Shown here piece by piece: positions 10,516 through 20,778 of a stretch of 64,000 nucleotides of DNA (its first letter is position 1; each line of letters starts with the position of its first letter). The notes under the pieces were generated by a model. The model did not search any database. It saw only the letters and a list, made by a program, of their open reading frames with translations, and was not told the DNA's origin. The position numbers and the translations under genes were made by a program. Source of the stretch: a bacterium (GTDB lineage: Bacteria > UBA10199 > 2-02-FULL-50-16 > JAJFLM01); contig CBDCFN010000016.1 in the NCBI GenBank assembly GCA_965216315.1, positions 2,240,001-2,304,000 on the forward strand. The letters run 5' to 3'.

Positions 10516-11313
10516 TTACAGGTAAAGTTTTCGCGTGAGCGCCAGATACCAATCGAGAATCTGGGGACCATAAAAGAGATAGAGCCAGGCCGCGAAGGCC
10601 AGGAAGGGCCCATAAGGGATGGCCTGCTTGAGCCCCTTACGGGAGAGCCCCAGATAGATCAGGCCTATTACGGTCCCGAGCAGGGAACTCATCAGCATGA
10701 TGAAGATGACCGACTTCCAGCCGAAAAAGGCCCCCAGCATGGCCGCGAGCTTGGCGTCGCCCAACCCGAGGCCGACGCGCCCACGCAGCCGTTCATAGGT
10801 CCAGCCCAGCACCGCGAGGATACCGCCACCCAGTAAGATCCCGAGCAAGGAATCAATAAAGAGGGCCTGGGCAGGAGCATTCCCGAGATAAAGGTGAACG
10901 ATGACCCCGACCCCGATACCCGGCAACGAGAGGATATCCGGAATAATCAAGTGTTCGAGATCGATGAAAGTAATCGCAATCAAGGGGAGCGTGAGCAAAA
11001 TGAAATAGCCGACATATTGGGGCAGCGTGGGAAAGCGCAGCCAGATGGCGACCGACATGACGGCCGTAATCAATTCGACGCTGGGATAACGGATGGAAAT
11101 CTTGCGCCGGCAATGACGGCAATGGCCCCACAACAAGAGATAGCTGATGATCGGAATATTATCGTACCAGCGAATCGTTTCCTTACAACCGATACAACGC
11201 GAGCGCGGCCGCACGATCGATTCCCCGCGTGGCACCCGGTAAATGACAACGTTGAGAAAGCTGCCCATGATCAACCCGAAGAGAGAGACGTAAACGAGTT
11301 CCAAGCCAGCCAT
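10516..11313 (-). CDS. pilD: Prepilin peptidase/N-methyltransferase
   Basis: GSFLNVVIYR.P, two CxxC pairs, IDLEH.IIPD, G.GD.KL.AM.GAF.GW, IPYGPFLA. Confidence 0.97.
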   Translation of the reverse strand: MAGLELVYVSLFGLIMGSFLNVVIYRVPRGESIVRPRSRCIGCKETIRWYDNIPIISYLLLWGHCRHCRRKISIRYPSVELITAVMSVAIWLRFPTLPQYVGYFILLTLPLIAITFIDLEHLIIPDILSLPGIGVGVIVHLYLGNAPAQALFIDSLLGILLGGGILAVLGWTYERLRGRVGLGLGDAKLAAMLGAFFGWKSVIFIMLMSSLLGTVIGLIYLGLSRKGLKQAIPYGPFLAFAAWLYLFYGPQILDWYLALTRKLYL

Positions 11314-11362
11314 GGACTCTTAGTAGCATCAAGCAAGTACTTGAGGCCAGGAATTCTTAACT

Positions 11363-11758
11363 TCAACTCGCGGCTTTAACGATCACTCCAGCGAGGTTGC
11401 CCAATGACTGACCCAGGCGCTGAAAGGCCCCGATCAGTCCATTGGCCTGTGGTTGTGTCGTCGTCTTAACCTGCGTCCTTGTTGCCGTTTTCTTATCTGC
11501 CTTATGCTCGGCGACTTTTTTAGGGTTGGTCGTTGGTTTCGTAGCCTGGGCCGACGGAGTCGCCGGTTTCGCCGGCTTGGACCCCTTCCCGTCGACGATA
11601 TTTTTCAACGGTTTCTTTGCGATCGTAAATTGAGTTGCCGGTTGGGACGCCGCCGGCTGGGTGACTTTTCTTTGTGAGTCTGACGGCGCCCCGGTCGGCA
11701 AAAATGGAAAAGAACTCCAGTTAAAAATTCCTAATGCGGCTCCACCTGGAAAAGCCAT
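11363..11758 (-). CDS. Hypothetical basic, low-complexity protein
   Basis: GGAGG Shine-Dalgarno before ATG 11758; K/P/A/T-rich; promoter motif upstream. Confidence 0.65.
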   Translation of the reverse strand: MAFPGGAALGIFNWSSFPFLPTGAPSDSQRKVTQPAASQPATQFTIAKKPLKNIVDGKGSKPAKPATPSAQATKPTTNPKKVAEHKADKKTATRTQVKTTTQPQANGLIGAFQRLGQSLGNLAGVIVKAAS

Positions 11759-11848
11759 GACACACCTCCAAAAATTTCGTTTACTTGCACCAAGGATTCG
11801 CACCTAACGAATCGCACCCAAATAAGCATCTTACGCTTACGTTCTAGG

Positions 11849-11910
11849 TTATCGGGTCGGCCAATAATCGAGTTTGGGGCCGGGAGGGCTTTCAGTGGAC
11901 AGTTGAACAC
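11849..11910 (-). promoter_or_regulatory. Sigma28-like promoter AAAC-N16-CCGATAA (11849-11875) with palindrome GTGGAC-AGTT-GAACAC (11895-11910) 19 bp upstream
   Basis: Matches the motif pair repeated across the window. Confidence 0.65.
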
Positions 11911-11962
11911 ACCGAGGAAAGCCCTTTACTCACCCGCGATTTTCTTGTTACCCCTCGATTCT

Positions 11963-12253
11963 ATGCAGCTTAGCCGCGAAGAAGTTGAAAAGATCGCCGA
12001 CCTGGCCCGGCTCAAAATCAGCCACGAAGAGGCGGATAAGCTGGCCGGCCAACTCAGTAATATCCTGACCCTGATGGAGGCGCTGAACCGGCTCGACACC
12101 GAGGGCATCGAACCGACCTCTCACGCCCAAGATGAAGGTACTCCCTTGCGCGAAGATGTCGTCGTCAAAAACACGGTCCGCGATGCCATTCTCGATCAGG
12201 CTCCGGAGCGGGAAGACACCTTATTTAAGGTGCCCAAGGTGATCCAGTCATGA
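11963..12253 (+). CDS. gatC: Asp/Glu-tRNA amidotransferase subunit C
   Basis: EEVEKIA.LARL, EPTSH, LRED, FKVPKVI; overlaps gatA start. Confidence 0.95.
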   Translation: MQLSREEVEKIADLARLKISHEEADKLAGQLSNILTLMEALNRLDTEGIEPTSHAQDEGTPLREDVVVKNTVRDAILDQAPEREDTLFKVPKVIQS

Positions 12254-13713
12254 ACTTATATGAACTCACGCTCCATGATCTACACGACAAACTCCGCACC
12301 AAGGAGGTGAGCTCCAAGGAGGTCACGGAATCCGTGCTCGGTCGTATCGAGGCCGTCGAACCCAAGGTCGCGGCTTACATTACCCGGACCGCGGAGCGGG
12401 CCCTTCAAGATGCCGCGCGCGCCGATGATTTTATTGCCAAGAACGATGAGATCAATCCACTGACGGGAATTCCCATCGCGCTCAAAGATATCTTTCTCAC
12501 TGAAGGGATCCCGACCACCTGCGCCTCGAAGATACTCGACGGTTTTATTCCTCCTTATAACGCCACCGCCGTCGAGAAAATGAATCAAGCCCATTGGGTC
12601 TTGTTGGGCAAACTCAACATGGACGAATTTGCGATGGGGTCTTCCAACGAGACCTCACACTTCGGTACTGTGAAAAATCCCTGGAACCTCGAATGCGTAC
12701 CCGGCGGCAGCTCCGGCGGCAGTGCCGCAGCCGTCGCCGCCGATGAATGTGTCGCCACGCTCGGCACCGATACCGGCGGATCGATTCGCCAACCCGCCGC
12801 GCTCTGCGGCGTCGTCGGACTCAAGCCGACCTATGGCCGCGTTAGCCGTTACGGCGTCATCGCCTTCGCCTCGTCACTCGACCAAGTCGGACCGATTACC
12901 AAGGACGTGCGCGATTGTGCGTTGATGTTACAAGCGATCGCCGGCCATGACCCCAAAGACTCGACCTCCGTTGATATTCCCGTCCCCGACTATAGTGCGA
13001 CCCTCGGCCAAGACATCAAGGGTCTCAAGATTGGTATCCCGAAAGAATTTTTCGTCGAAGGCTTGAGCCCCCAAATAGAAGCAGCGGTGCGCACCGCGAT
13101 CAAACAATTTGAATCACTCGGCGCAATAGTCAAAGAGGTCTCACTGCCGCATACCGAATATGCCGTTCCGACCTACTACATCCTGGCGCCCGCTGAAGCT
13201 TCGTCAAATCTGGCCCGCTACGACGGGATTCGTTACGGGTACCGCGACCCGGTCCCGCAGGACTTACTTGAGTTGTATAAAGAAAGTCGCTCCAAGGGCT
13301 TTGGAGACGAGGTCAAACGCCGCATCATGATCGGAACCTACGTCTTGTCGGCAGGCTACTACGACGCCTACTATCTCAAGGCGCAAAAGGTACGAACCTT
13401 GATTAAAAAAGATTATACGGATCTCTTCGATTCCGGTGCAGTGGATCTGATCGTGGGGCCGGTCAGCCCGACTCCCGCCTTTAAAATCGGTGAAAAGACC
13501 GATGACCCCCTCGAGATGTATCTGTCCGATGTCTTAACGATAGCGGTCAATCTCGCCGGGCTGCCGGGCATGTCTTTGCCCTGTGGATTTGTCGACGGGC
13601 TACCCATTGGTTTGCAGCTTATTGGCCGTCCGTTCGGGGAAGAAAAGATGTTACAGGCCGCCCATGCCTACGAACAGTCGACGGACTGGCACCAACAGCG
13701 CCCTTCTCTTTAA
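12250..13713 (+). CDS. gatA: Asp/Glu-tRNA amidotransferase subunit A
   Basis: [51 protein letters not shown]. Confidence 0.98.
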   Translation: MNLYELTLHDLHDKLRTKEVSSKEVTESVLGRIEAVEPKVAAYITRTAERALQDAARADDFIAKNDEINPLTGIPIALKDIFLTEGIPTTCASKILDGFIPPYNATAVEKMNQAHWVLLGKLNMDEFAMGSSNETSHFGTVKNPWNLECVPGGSSGGSAAAVAADECVATLGTDTGGSIRQPAALCGVVGLKPTYGRVSRYGVIAFASSLDQVGPITKDVRDCALMLQAIAGHDPKDSTSVDIPVPDYSATLGQDIKGLKIGIPKEFFVEGLSPQIEAAVRTAIKQFESLGAIVKEVSLPHTEYAVPTYYILAPAEASSNLARYDGIRYGYRDPVPQDLLELYKESRSKGFGDEVKRRIMIGTYVLSAGYYDAYYLKAQKVRTLIKKDYTDLFDSGAVDLIVGPVSPTPAFKIGEKTDDPLEMYLSDVLTIAVNLAGLPGMSLPCGFVDGLPIGLQLIGRPFGEEKMLQAAHAYEQSTDWHQQRPSL

Positions 13714-13735
13714 CTTGATTGAAATGAAATGCGCT

Positions 13736-14116
13736 TTAAGCGCGGTGACGATTGAGATGGCGTGGACGAATGTGACGAATGTCTAAACTCTGACCGGAAT
13801 AGCGGTCCTCATGGCGTGCGAGCCGGCGGCGACCTTCAAGACGATCCAGTTCATGACTGTCACTCGAGAAGTCCCCGGATCTATCTTCAGGAGAAGAATC
13901 GTCGGCATAGAGTCCCGGCTGGATGCTACCGATCCCGTCACCACCCCCCAGCGCCTCAATTTCTCTAATGCTGAGACCGGTCTCTTGCGCGATCATGTGA
14001 GCATCGGTGACTCCGGCTTCTATATAAGCCATGGCCTGCTCCCGGGGAGTACGACCAAAGGACGTGTCGCCACCTCTATTATTATCAATGTTCATGTTCG
14101 GCCCATCTATTGCCAT
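13736..14116 (-). CDS. Hypothetical protein
   Basis: AAGGA Shine-Dalgarno before ATG; sigma54 site immediately upstream. Confidence 0.55.
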   Translation of the reverse strand: MAIDGPNMNIDNNRGGDTSFGRTPREQAMAYIEAGVTDAHMIAQETGLSIREIEALGGGDGIGSIQPGLYADDSSPEDRSGDFSSDSHELDRLEGRRRLARHEDRYSGQSLDIRHIRPRHLNRHRA

Positions 14117-14142
14117 AATTAAAATCCTTCAGGTCTATTCAT

Positions 14143-14159
14143 TGCAAGATGAGTACCAA
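14143..14159 (-). promoter_or_regulatory. Sigma54 -24/-12 promoter
   Basis: Minus strand reads TTGGTACTCATCTTGCA (GG-N10-GC); IHF-like TAACTTATTGTAA at ~14183. Confidence 0.7.
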
Positions 14160-14290
14160 AACCGGCTTCAAGGCTAACTTTGTAACTTATTGTAATTATG
14201 TAGTTTTCCATAAGACATCGCACCGACTCCTCAAGAAATCCGCGGCCTTCTGTAGACAGAAGACCTCAGATAGGCTAGCCAAGGCCCCTT

Positions 14291-14788
14291 ATGTCCTCGT
14301 GGCTCCTCTGGCTTCATCTTAGCGGAATCATTATCAGTCTGGGCTCGGCCGTGCTCATCGTCGGGGCGGTTTATCCCGGCACGACCTGGATCGAAGATAA
14401 GTCACAGCGTTTTATGATGATCGCCGGCATCCTCAAATATTTTCACCCCCTCTTTCTCTTCGGCATTTGTTTGATTTTTATGACCGGCGCCATCGGCCTT
14501 ACGGACCTCAAGATCGATCTCGGTACCGCCTACTATACAAAGATCGGTTCCGTACTATTGCAAAAATTCGGGCTGACGATGCTCATTTTTCTCTTCGGCA
14601 GCATGCAATGCGTCGGCACCGGGCTCCGCGTTGCCCGCATGGCCAACGGTGTCATCGAATCCGACGAACCAACCAAGACCCGCTACCTGATGAAAATTTA
14701 TCGCACGACGATCATCAATATCATCCTGTTAGCGGTCACCCTCTACATTGGTTTGAAATTACCGGGCGCGATCGCTGCAGGGAGTTGA
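14291..14788 (+). CDS. Four-TM membrane protein (CopD/DUF4149-like)
   Basis: Four hydrophobic segments; N-terminal LWLH. Confidence 0.7.
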   Translation: MSSWLLWLHLSGIIISLGSAVLIVGAVYPGTTWIEDKSQRFMMIAGILKYFHPLFLFGICLIFMTGAIGLTDLKIDLGTAYYTKIGSVLLQKFGLTMLIFLFGSMQCVGTGLRVARMANGVIESDEPTKTRYLMKIYRTTIINIILLAVTLYIGLKLPGAIAAGS

Positions 14789-16020
14789 TGCTACACCTAC
14801 CTGATCCATTTGCCCGCGTTCTCCAATCCTACGTCAAGGCAAGCTATTACAAAAATACCCGCAAGGCCGACTTTGCCAAACGCGCTTTTACCGAGGGAGA
14901 TTATCGTTTTTTTATGAAGGGTGTTGCTCAATTGAGCGTCTACTTCACGGCCGACCGGGCGAACCTCCCCAAAAATTACTTCAATCAAAAAGAGCTGCGC
15001 TCGGGCTATCTGCTCTATTTTTTACCCATCAATGCGTTGAAAATAGCGGCCTTATTGAAACAAATCCCTCCTGATTTTTTCAAGTCTCCCCGTTCCGTCC
15101 TGGATATCGGAAGTGGTCCTGGCACCGGAGCGATCGGAACTCTACTCCATTTGGGCGCGGGAGAACCAAAACAGCGCCTTCACATCACATTGCTCGATCA
15201 AAACAAACACATCATGACGGATGGTGCCAATCTGATCCGCAGTATGGTCGACGCAAAACTTTGTGCAAAGCCGGAACAACTCAATATGATTCACTGTGAC
15301 CTCGCACGAGACCTCAATCAAAAACTCCCGCGTCAACAACAATACGATCTGGTCCTTATGGCCAACGTCCTCAACGAAATCCGTGACCTGAATCGGCGCG
15401 CCAAGCTAATCAACCAACTTGTTCAAAAACACCTGACACCGGATGGCCGCCTTATCATCGTTGAACCCGCCCTCCGGCGCCAAACTCGCGAGCTCATGGA
15501 ATTACGCGACATGATCGCAGACCGTGAAATCGCCTTTATCGATGCACCCTGCCTGCATCAAGAGGCCTGTCCGATGTTCGCGCATAATACGCGTGATTGG
15601 TGCCACATGTATTGGGAATGGGAACGCCCAGAGTTTATTGAGCATTTGGATGATCTGGTGGGGATACACAAAGATTACTTAAAGGCGTCGTATCTGATCT
15701 TATCAGCTCTCCCCTCCTTACAAAGGAGGGGATTAAGGGGAGGTCAAACTCGACCCCTCCCTCACCCTCCCCTTAGTAAGGGGAGGGAACATATATGGCG
15801 TGTTGTCAGCGGACCGCTAAATTCTAAAGGTAAAAGCGAGCGCCTTCTCTGCGGCCCAAGTGGCCTTCCCCATTTACACCGCCTCATGCGCCTCGACCGT
15901 AACCGTTCCAAGACCAACCAAGACTTCGACCGGGCGATGCGCGGGGACCTTGTTGTCACGGAAGCAAAGGATAAATTGGGAAAACAGGATTCGTTTCGGC
16001 TTAGCGGCGACGGCCTTTAG
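14788..16020 (+). CDS. Rsm22-like SAM-dependent methyltransferase
   Basis: VLDIGSGPGTG, ANVLNE, IVEPA, APC.H...CP...WCH; TGATG coupling to the upstream gene. Confidence 0.85.
   Translation: MLHLPDPFARVLQSYVKASYYKNTRKADFAKRAFTEGDYRFFMKGVAQLSVYFTADRANLPKNYFNQKELRSGYLLYFLPINALKIAALLKQIPPDFFKSPRSVLDIGSGPGTGAIGTLLHLGAGEPKQRLHITLLDQNKHIMTDGANLIRSMVDAKLCAKPEQLNMIHCDLARDLNQKLPRQQQYDLVLMANVLNEIRDLNRRAKLINQLVQKHLTPDGRLIIVEPALRRQTRELMELRDMIADREIAFIDAPCLHQEACPMFAHNTRDWCHMYWEWERPEFIEHLDDLVGIHKDYLKASYLILSALPSLQRRGLRGGQTRPLPHPPLSKGREHIWRVVSGPLNSKGKSERLLCGPSGLPHLHRLMRLDRNRSKTNQDFDRAMRGDLVVTEAKDKLGKQDSFRLSGDGL
15711..15787. repeat. REP-like palindromic doublet inserted in-frame in the methyltransferase gene
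   Basis: CCCCTCCTT-ACA-AAGGAGGGG and CCCTCCCCTT-AGT-AAGGGGAGGG; relative at 62686-62717. Confidence 0.8.
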
Positions 16021-18985
16021 TTACTTTCTCGGTCTTTTCCGTCACTTCTTCCTTTTCACCGACTTTTTGGACTTCGACGATGTGGAATTCGACACGACGG
16101 TTCTTCGCCATGCCTTCGGCAGTTTGGTTCGTCGCAATCGGTTGTCTTTCGCCACGCCCTTCGGAGGTCAGGCGTTCCGGTTCAACGCCAAAACCAATAA
16201 TCGCCTCTTTGACCTCACGCGCACGATTATTGGAAAGATTGATATTGTACTGATCCGAACCACGATGATCCGTGTGTCCCTGAATGACAACATGGCGAAT
16301 CCACGGTTGGTCGAGCATCAAGGCCGCAACCGCTTTAACCACCGGCTGCGACTCGGGCAGTATCTTCCAGCGCGCGGTCTCGAAATGAATCGGTTCGAGG
16401 ATCACGATCTGACCGCCTTCGAGCCGGACGTAGCTCTTATATGTCACCCGTCTCTCTGTCACCGATGCCGGACGCGGCGCCCGCTTCTTAATCGGCGCGG
16501 CCACATAAGAGAGCATCGCGAAGATGCGGTAATCAGGCGCCCCGTAACCATTGGTAATGCCTAAACCCGCGCCGACAGTGGCGTTAAGGCGACTTTCCAT
16601 AAAGCCCTTACGAATGCCAAACAACCATTCCAGCGGCGACCGATTGGCACGCACCCCGTTAAACGCAACCGAACCGTTTAGTTCGGTCAGACCATGGAGA
16701 TCCCAGGGCTGCCAAATGGGACGACGATAACCAATCCCGTAAAGAAATTCCTGGCCTATGGTCAGGTTAAAGAGATTCTCTTTTTCTCTGAAGCGCATGC
16801 CGATATTGGCCACCACCTTATTCTTCCAGAATTCGACATCATAAACACCACGGACCCCCCCGGTCACACTGGTATCTCCGGTATATTTTGCCGTACTCCC
16901 GGATGGCAAAGTCACAAAAGGAATAACGGCCGCCCCCATCGTCACATTATCCGTTTCCACATCTCCGTGGGTCCACAAGCGGAACTTAGCGGCCAAACCG
17001 ATATCACCGAACGCCGCGGTCGAACTTCCGGACGATGTTCCCACCGGCTCAACCTTTACATTCGGAAAAAAAGGTACGGAAATTCCCAGTTCCACCCAGT
17101 CGGCGAGACCATAGGCCCCGGTCAACGTCATATTAACGTGGTGGTCGACTAGAGAATCAAGCCGCGCCCCGGAACTTACCAAACCCAACTCCAGGGGGTT
17201 TTTTGAAAAGCTAAGACCTAAGCCAAGTGACCAGGCGCGCTTTTCTAACATGCGTGATTCATAGAGATTAACCAGGCCGAGGTTATCGAAGGCAGGACGA
17301 AACAATTCGCCATTGAGCGCATAGGAGGAACATGGAAGCGTCAGACTAACAAGAATAAAAAAAAACGCGAAGTACGGACGCCGGCGCCGACCTCTGAACA
17401 GTGCTAAGGCCATCGCCGCGATTGCCAACAGCAACCAATTGATCCAGGTCGATCGCCCTTTTAACTGAGATGCGTCAATCAACTGGCATGAAGCAAGGCC
17501 GCTCCCCTGAGCCTGAACGGCATCACCGCTGTTTGGAATCGCAATATCGGGATCGACACCATCACCCGGGGTCAGCGGATCATTGTCTATTCCATCGGGA
17601 ATGCCATCATCATCGGAATCCGGATTGGTCGGGTCCGTGCCAATGTCTGTCTCCTCTTCATCATCAAGGCCATCATCATCGGAATCCGGATCACGATAAT
17701 CAGGAATCCCGTCGCCATCCGTGTCGACCGGATCGGTATCCAGATCCGCATCGCCGGCCTCGGTGGCATCCGGGATCGTGTCATCATCGGTATCCAGATC
17801 ACGCACATCCGGAGTGCCGTCGCCATCCGTATCCGTTTCCTCATCGGAGGTGAGACAATCGATCGCATCGAACTCATCCGGGGTAATGCTCAGGTCGGCA
17901 TTGGTATCAAAATTGACAGTATCCGCCTCGTGAATGTCTCGTATCGTATCATTATCGCTATCAATATCGAGATAGTTTGGCGTCCCATCGCTATCCGTAT
18001 CGACGTTGGCGAACCCATCGTTGACATCAATGTCTCCATCGCCATCCGTATCCAGACCTGAAGCCGCCGCCTCTGCAGCACTAATAAAACAATCGCCATC
18101 CGTATCGTGATCGTCGAGATCCCGCTCCGTGATATCGGGAATCCCATCGTTGTCACTATCAGGATCCGAATTGTTGGGGATGTCATCGCCGTCATCATCA
18201 AAAAAGTCTTGTACATCGAGGGTAATACGAATGTCTTCGTCCCCAATCCCGCTATCCGCGAAACTACCCGCCTTAAAGATAATATCCATCGTTTCGTCCG
18301 GATCATTGAGGTCGAGAGTGGAAAAACCAGGATAAGTCGAAAAACCGATCATACTGAATTCCAAGTGTGGCGCGGCACCACTTGGAGAGGCAAAAACCGC
18401 GCTCCCTGTGGCCGCCGCAATGAGACTCCCGTAATAACCCTCCGAAAATGAAGCGTTAAGGCCGAGATCGGGTAAGGCCACCTCACTCACCCGAAAGCCG
18501 CCCGGAGCGCTCCGAACATCTGTTATCCCGGCTACGGCCTCAGGGGTTGTGCCTGGATCGGCATCAAAATCGAGAACCATGGCAAAAAATTCATCGGTCC
18601 CCAAATCAGCATTATCGGATCCGGCTAAACCGGCAAGAATGGCGCTCGTTCCGCCTGGGTCCCCATCTCCATCGGCATCGCCAAAAGGAATCTGAAAACC
18701 ACCCGCATTGCTTTGTTCATAGGTTTTAATCCCGACATCGACCGTGTCGGTCGTCGCATCATAAATCAGGCAAATTTGTTCGACATCAAAGCCACTGATG
18801 GTTCCGGCCGGAAACGCAACCGGCACGCCGACACTCACATCGTTGGGATCGGTAAAACACGCTTCGGCAGGAAAATCGACTGTCACGTCACCTGTGAACT
18901 CAATCGCGCGCGCGCTAACGGGTAATATTAATAAGATGAGTGCAAGAAAGGTGATTCGCATGAAGCGATGTTTGTTGATCATCAT
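16001..18985 (-). CDS. Large surface protein: N-terminal domain, Ca-binding DxDxDG (TSP3-like) repeats, internal Cys/TM/Arg segment, beta-barrel, OmpA C-terminal domain
   Basis: DTDGDGIPDYRDPDSDDDG repeats; GHTD.RGS..YN..LS..RA and NRRVEF OmpA motifs. Confidence 0.85.
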   Translation of the reverse strand: MMINKHRFMRITFLALILLILPVSARAIEFTGDVTVDFPAEACFTDPNDVSVGVPVAFPAGTISGFDVEQICLIYDATTDTVDVGIKTYEQSNAGGFQIPFGDADGDGDPGGTSAILAGLAGSDNADLGTDEFFAMVLDFDADPGTTPEAVAGITDVRSAPGGFRVSEVALPDLGLNASFSEGYYGSLIAAATGSAVFASPSGAAPHLEFSMIGFSTYPGFSTLDLNDPDETMDIIFKAGSFADSGIGDEDIRITLDVQDFFDDDGDDIPNNSDPDSDNDGIPDITERDLDDHDTDGDCFISAAEAAASGLDTDGDGDIDVNDGFANVDTDSDGTPNYLDIDSDNDTIRDIHEADTVNFDTNADLSITPDEFDAIDCLTSDEETDTDGDGTPDVRDLDTDDDTIPDATEAGDADLDTDPVDTDGDGIPDYRDPDSDDDGLDDEEETDIGTDPTNPDSDDDGIPDGIDNDPLTPGDGVDPDIAIPNSGDAVQAQGSGLASCQLIDASQLKGRSTWINWLLLAIAAMALALFRGRRRRPYFAFFFILVSLTLPCSSYALNGELFRPAFDNLGLVNLYESRMLEKRAWSLGLGLSFSKNPLELGLVSSGARLDSLVDHHVNMTLTGAYGLADWVELGISVPFFPNVKVEPVGTSSGSSTAAFGDIGLAAKFRLWTHGDVETDNVTMGAAVIPFVTLPSGSTAKYTGDTSVTGGVRGVYDVEFWKNKVVANIGMRFREKENLFNLTIGQEFLYGIGYRRPIWQPWDLHGLTELNGSVAFNGVRANRSPLEWLFGIRKGFMESRLNATVGAGLGITNGYGAPDYRIFAMLSYVAAPIKKRAPRPASVTERRVTYKSYVRLEGGQIVILEPIHFETARWKILPESQPVVKAVAALMLDQPWIRHVVIQGHTDHRGSDQYNINLSNNRAREVKEAIIGFGVEPERLTSEGRGERQPIATNQTAEGMAKNRRVEFHIVEVQKVGEKEEVTEKTEKVTKGRRR

Positions 18986-19132
18986 TTGTTATGGAAACTT
19001 GTTTGGCTTCAATCACTAAACACCAACAAGGTCAAGGCAAAACGCAGCTATGCAAACAAAAATACGTATTCTATAAAGAGTTTCTGTGGATAACTCTGAC
19101 GCGCAGCATCTAGCGAGCGACGCGAGCCCCTA

Positions 19133-19444
19133 TTACGTTTTGAACAAACTCATCAGGCCCGGCAAAAAACCGTCCGCCTTACCGGCAATTTTTTCTAATT
19201 CACCGTCATCAAGGTAGACACCGTGACAGCTAAAACACTTATCCACAGCGACACCTCTGAAGATGACTTCGTGCAGCTCCATCCCGCACTTCGGACAACG
19301 CATCCAGTGGAGTTTCTTGAGCTCGGCCTTTTGTTCGGCATCAATCTCGGCGTGGAGATCTTCCGCAAGTTTGCGTTTTTTTTCAGCTTCGACGCGGGCG
19401 AAGTATTCGTCTTCCGGCTTGGAGGGTTTTGATGTGCTACTCAT
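19133..19444 (-). CDS. Small zinc-ribbon (zf-TFIIB-like) protein
   Basis: EDEYFAR, HWMRCPKCG...DKC..C.GVYLD.GEL. Confidence 0.85.
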   Translation of the reverse strand: MSSTSKPSKPEDEYFARVEAEKKRKLAEDLHAEIDAEQKAELKKLHWMRCPKCGMELHEVIFRGVAVDKCFSCHGVYLDDGELEKIAGKADGFLPGLMSLFKT

Positions 19445-19492
19445 GAGCCTATTCTTAGCATAGTATAATTGAAATTTGCAATACCGTACAAT

Positions 19493-20695
19493 CTACCAGC
19501 CACGAAGCTTTGATTTCTTCTTGCCGACACTCGGCTCAGTATAAGGAGGAACGCCTGCAACCGTACACCGTGGGAAGGGCTGCCCCAAGAGCTTTTCAAT
19601 CGTGGCAATCCCCGCCTTGTCTTTCCAAGTCCCAATCACCGATGAAATGCCCTTTTGTCCCGCGCGCCCCGTCCGTCCTGACCGATGGACATAGTCCTCA
19701 GGATTTTGCGGGACTTGATAGCTGATAATTTGTGAAATTCCGAACACGTCGATCCCGCGCGACATCACGTCGGTTGCAACGAGAATGGAATGTTCGCCCT
19801 TCTTAAATCCTTCCAAGGCATGCATCCGCTCTTTTTGACTTCGATCCGAGTGAATCTCAATCGCAGGCTCACCATGCTTTTTAAGATAACGAACCAGCGC
19901 ATCCACATCGCGCTTCATTTGGGCAAAAATGAGAATGGAACCGGGCTCTTCTTTGACGATGGCCAACAGAAGATCCAAGCGTTTCTGCTCTTCCACCAGA
20001 TAAAGACGATGCTCGATCCCTGAAGCCGATGTCCCCGGCCGGGCCGCTTCAATATATTCCGGCGCCTCCATGAATTGGTCCGCAAGGCGTTTAATGCTCA
20101 TCGGCATCGTCGCTGAAAACATCATCGTGCGGTGATCCTTGGACAACATTTTAAGGATCTTTTCGATCTGCGGATAGAATCCCATATCAAGCATGCGATC
20201 CGCTTCGTCGAGCACCAACTCTTCAATCGTCTTGAGCGAAACGTTGCGGCGCTCGACATGGTCCATCAACCGCCCCGGTGTCGCGACGATAATATCCGGA
20301 ATCGCTTTAAGCGCCTTGATCTGCGGGCCCATTTTAACACCACCGATGAGGACCACCGTCTCTAACCTGTGGCTCTTGCCGAAGAAGTCGCAAAATTGCT
20401 TGGTCTGCAGGGCGATCTCGCGCGTGGGACAGAGAATGAGACCGCGAACCCCCTTGCCGTGGGTTAGTTTTTGGACGACCGGCAGGACAAAGGCCGCAGT
20501 CTTACCGGTCCCGGTCTGGGCACAGCCCATCACGTCATGACCCGAAAGCGCAATGGGAATCGCTTTCGCCTGGATAGGGGTCGGATGCTCAAAACCGACC
20601 TCATCGAGGACTTTAAGGATATCGGGCTCCAGCCCCAGTTCCTTAAAACCCGCATCGGTCGTCTCAACGATATGAAAAGGAAGCTCTTCAGTCAC
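19493..20695 (-). CDS. DEAD-box RNA helicase (RhlE-like)
   Basis: AQTGTGKT, PTREIA, TPGRL, DEAD, SAT, HRSGRTGR. Confidence 0.96.
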   Translation of the reverse strand: MTEELPFHIVETTDAGFKELGLEPDILKVLDEVGFEHPTPIQAKAIPIALSGHDVMGCAQTGTGKTAAFVLPVVQKLTHGKGVRGLILCPTREIALQTKQFCDFFGKSHRLETVVLIGGVKMGPQIKALKAIPDIIVATPGRLMDHVERRNVSLKTIEELVLDEADRMLDMGFYPQIEKILKMLSKDHRTMMFSATMPMSIKRLADQFMEAPEYIEAARPGTSASGIEHRLYLVEEQKRLDLLLAIVKEEPGSILIFAQMKRDVDALVRYLKKHGEPAIEIHSDRSQKERMHALEGFKKGEHSILVATDVMSRGIDVFGISQIISYQVPQNPEDYVHRSGRTGRAGQKGISSVIGTWKDKAGIATIEKLLGQPFPRCTVAGVPPYTEPSVGKKKSKLRGW

Positions 20696-20778
20696 CCGAA
20701 TGGGTGTCTCAGATCCCCCTAGAGCGAGTCAAGCTCCCTTTTAACAGTAACCATGCCAACCACTTTACCTATCCTCAG

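Noticed and set aside
12250..13713. Missing gatB after gatCA as gene loss
   Set aside because: gatB is often encoded elsewhere; this cannot be judged from one window.
14467..14787. Long N-terminal extension of the methyltransferase ORF
   Set aside because: Overlaps the upstream membrane-protein gene out of frame; TGATG coupling points to 14788.
19085..19247. Two perfect DnaA boxes (TGTGGATAA at 19085, TTATCCACA at 19239) as a replication origin
   Set aside because: Only two boxes, one inside a gene; no dnaA-region genes or box cluster.
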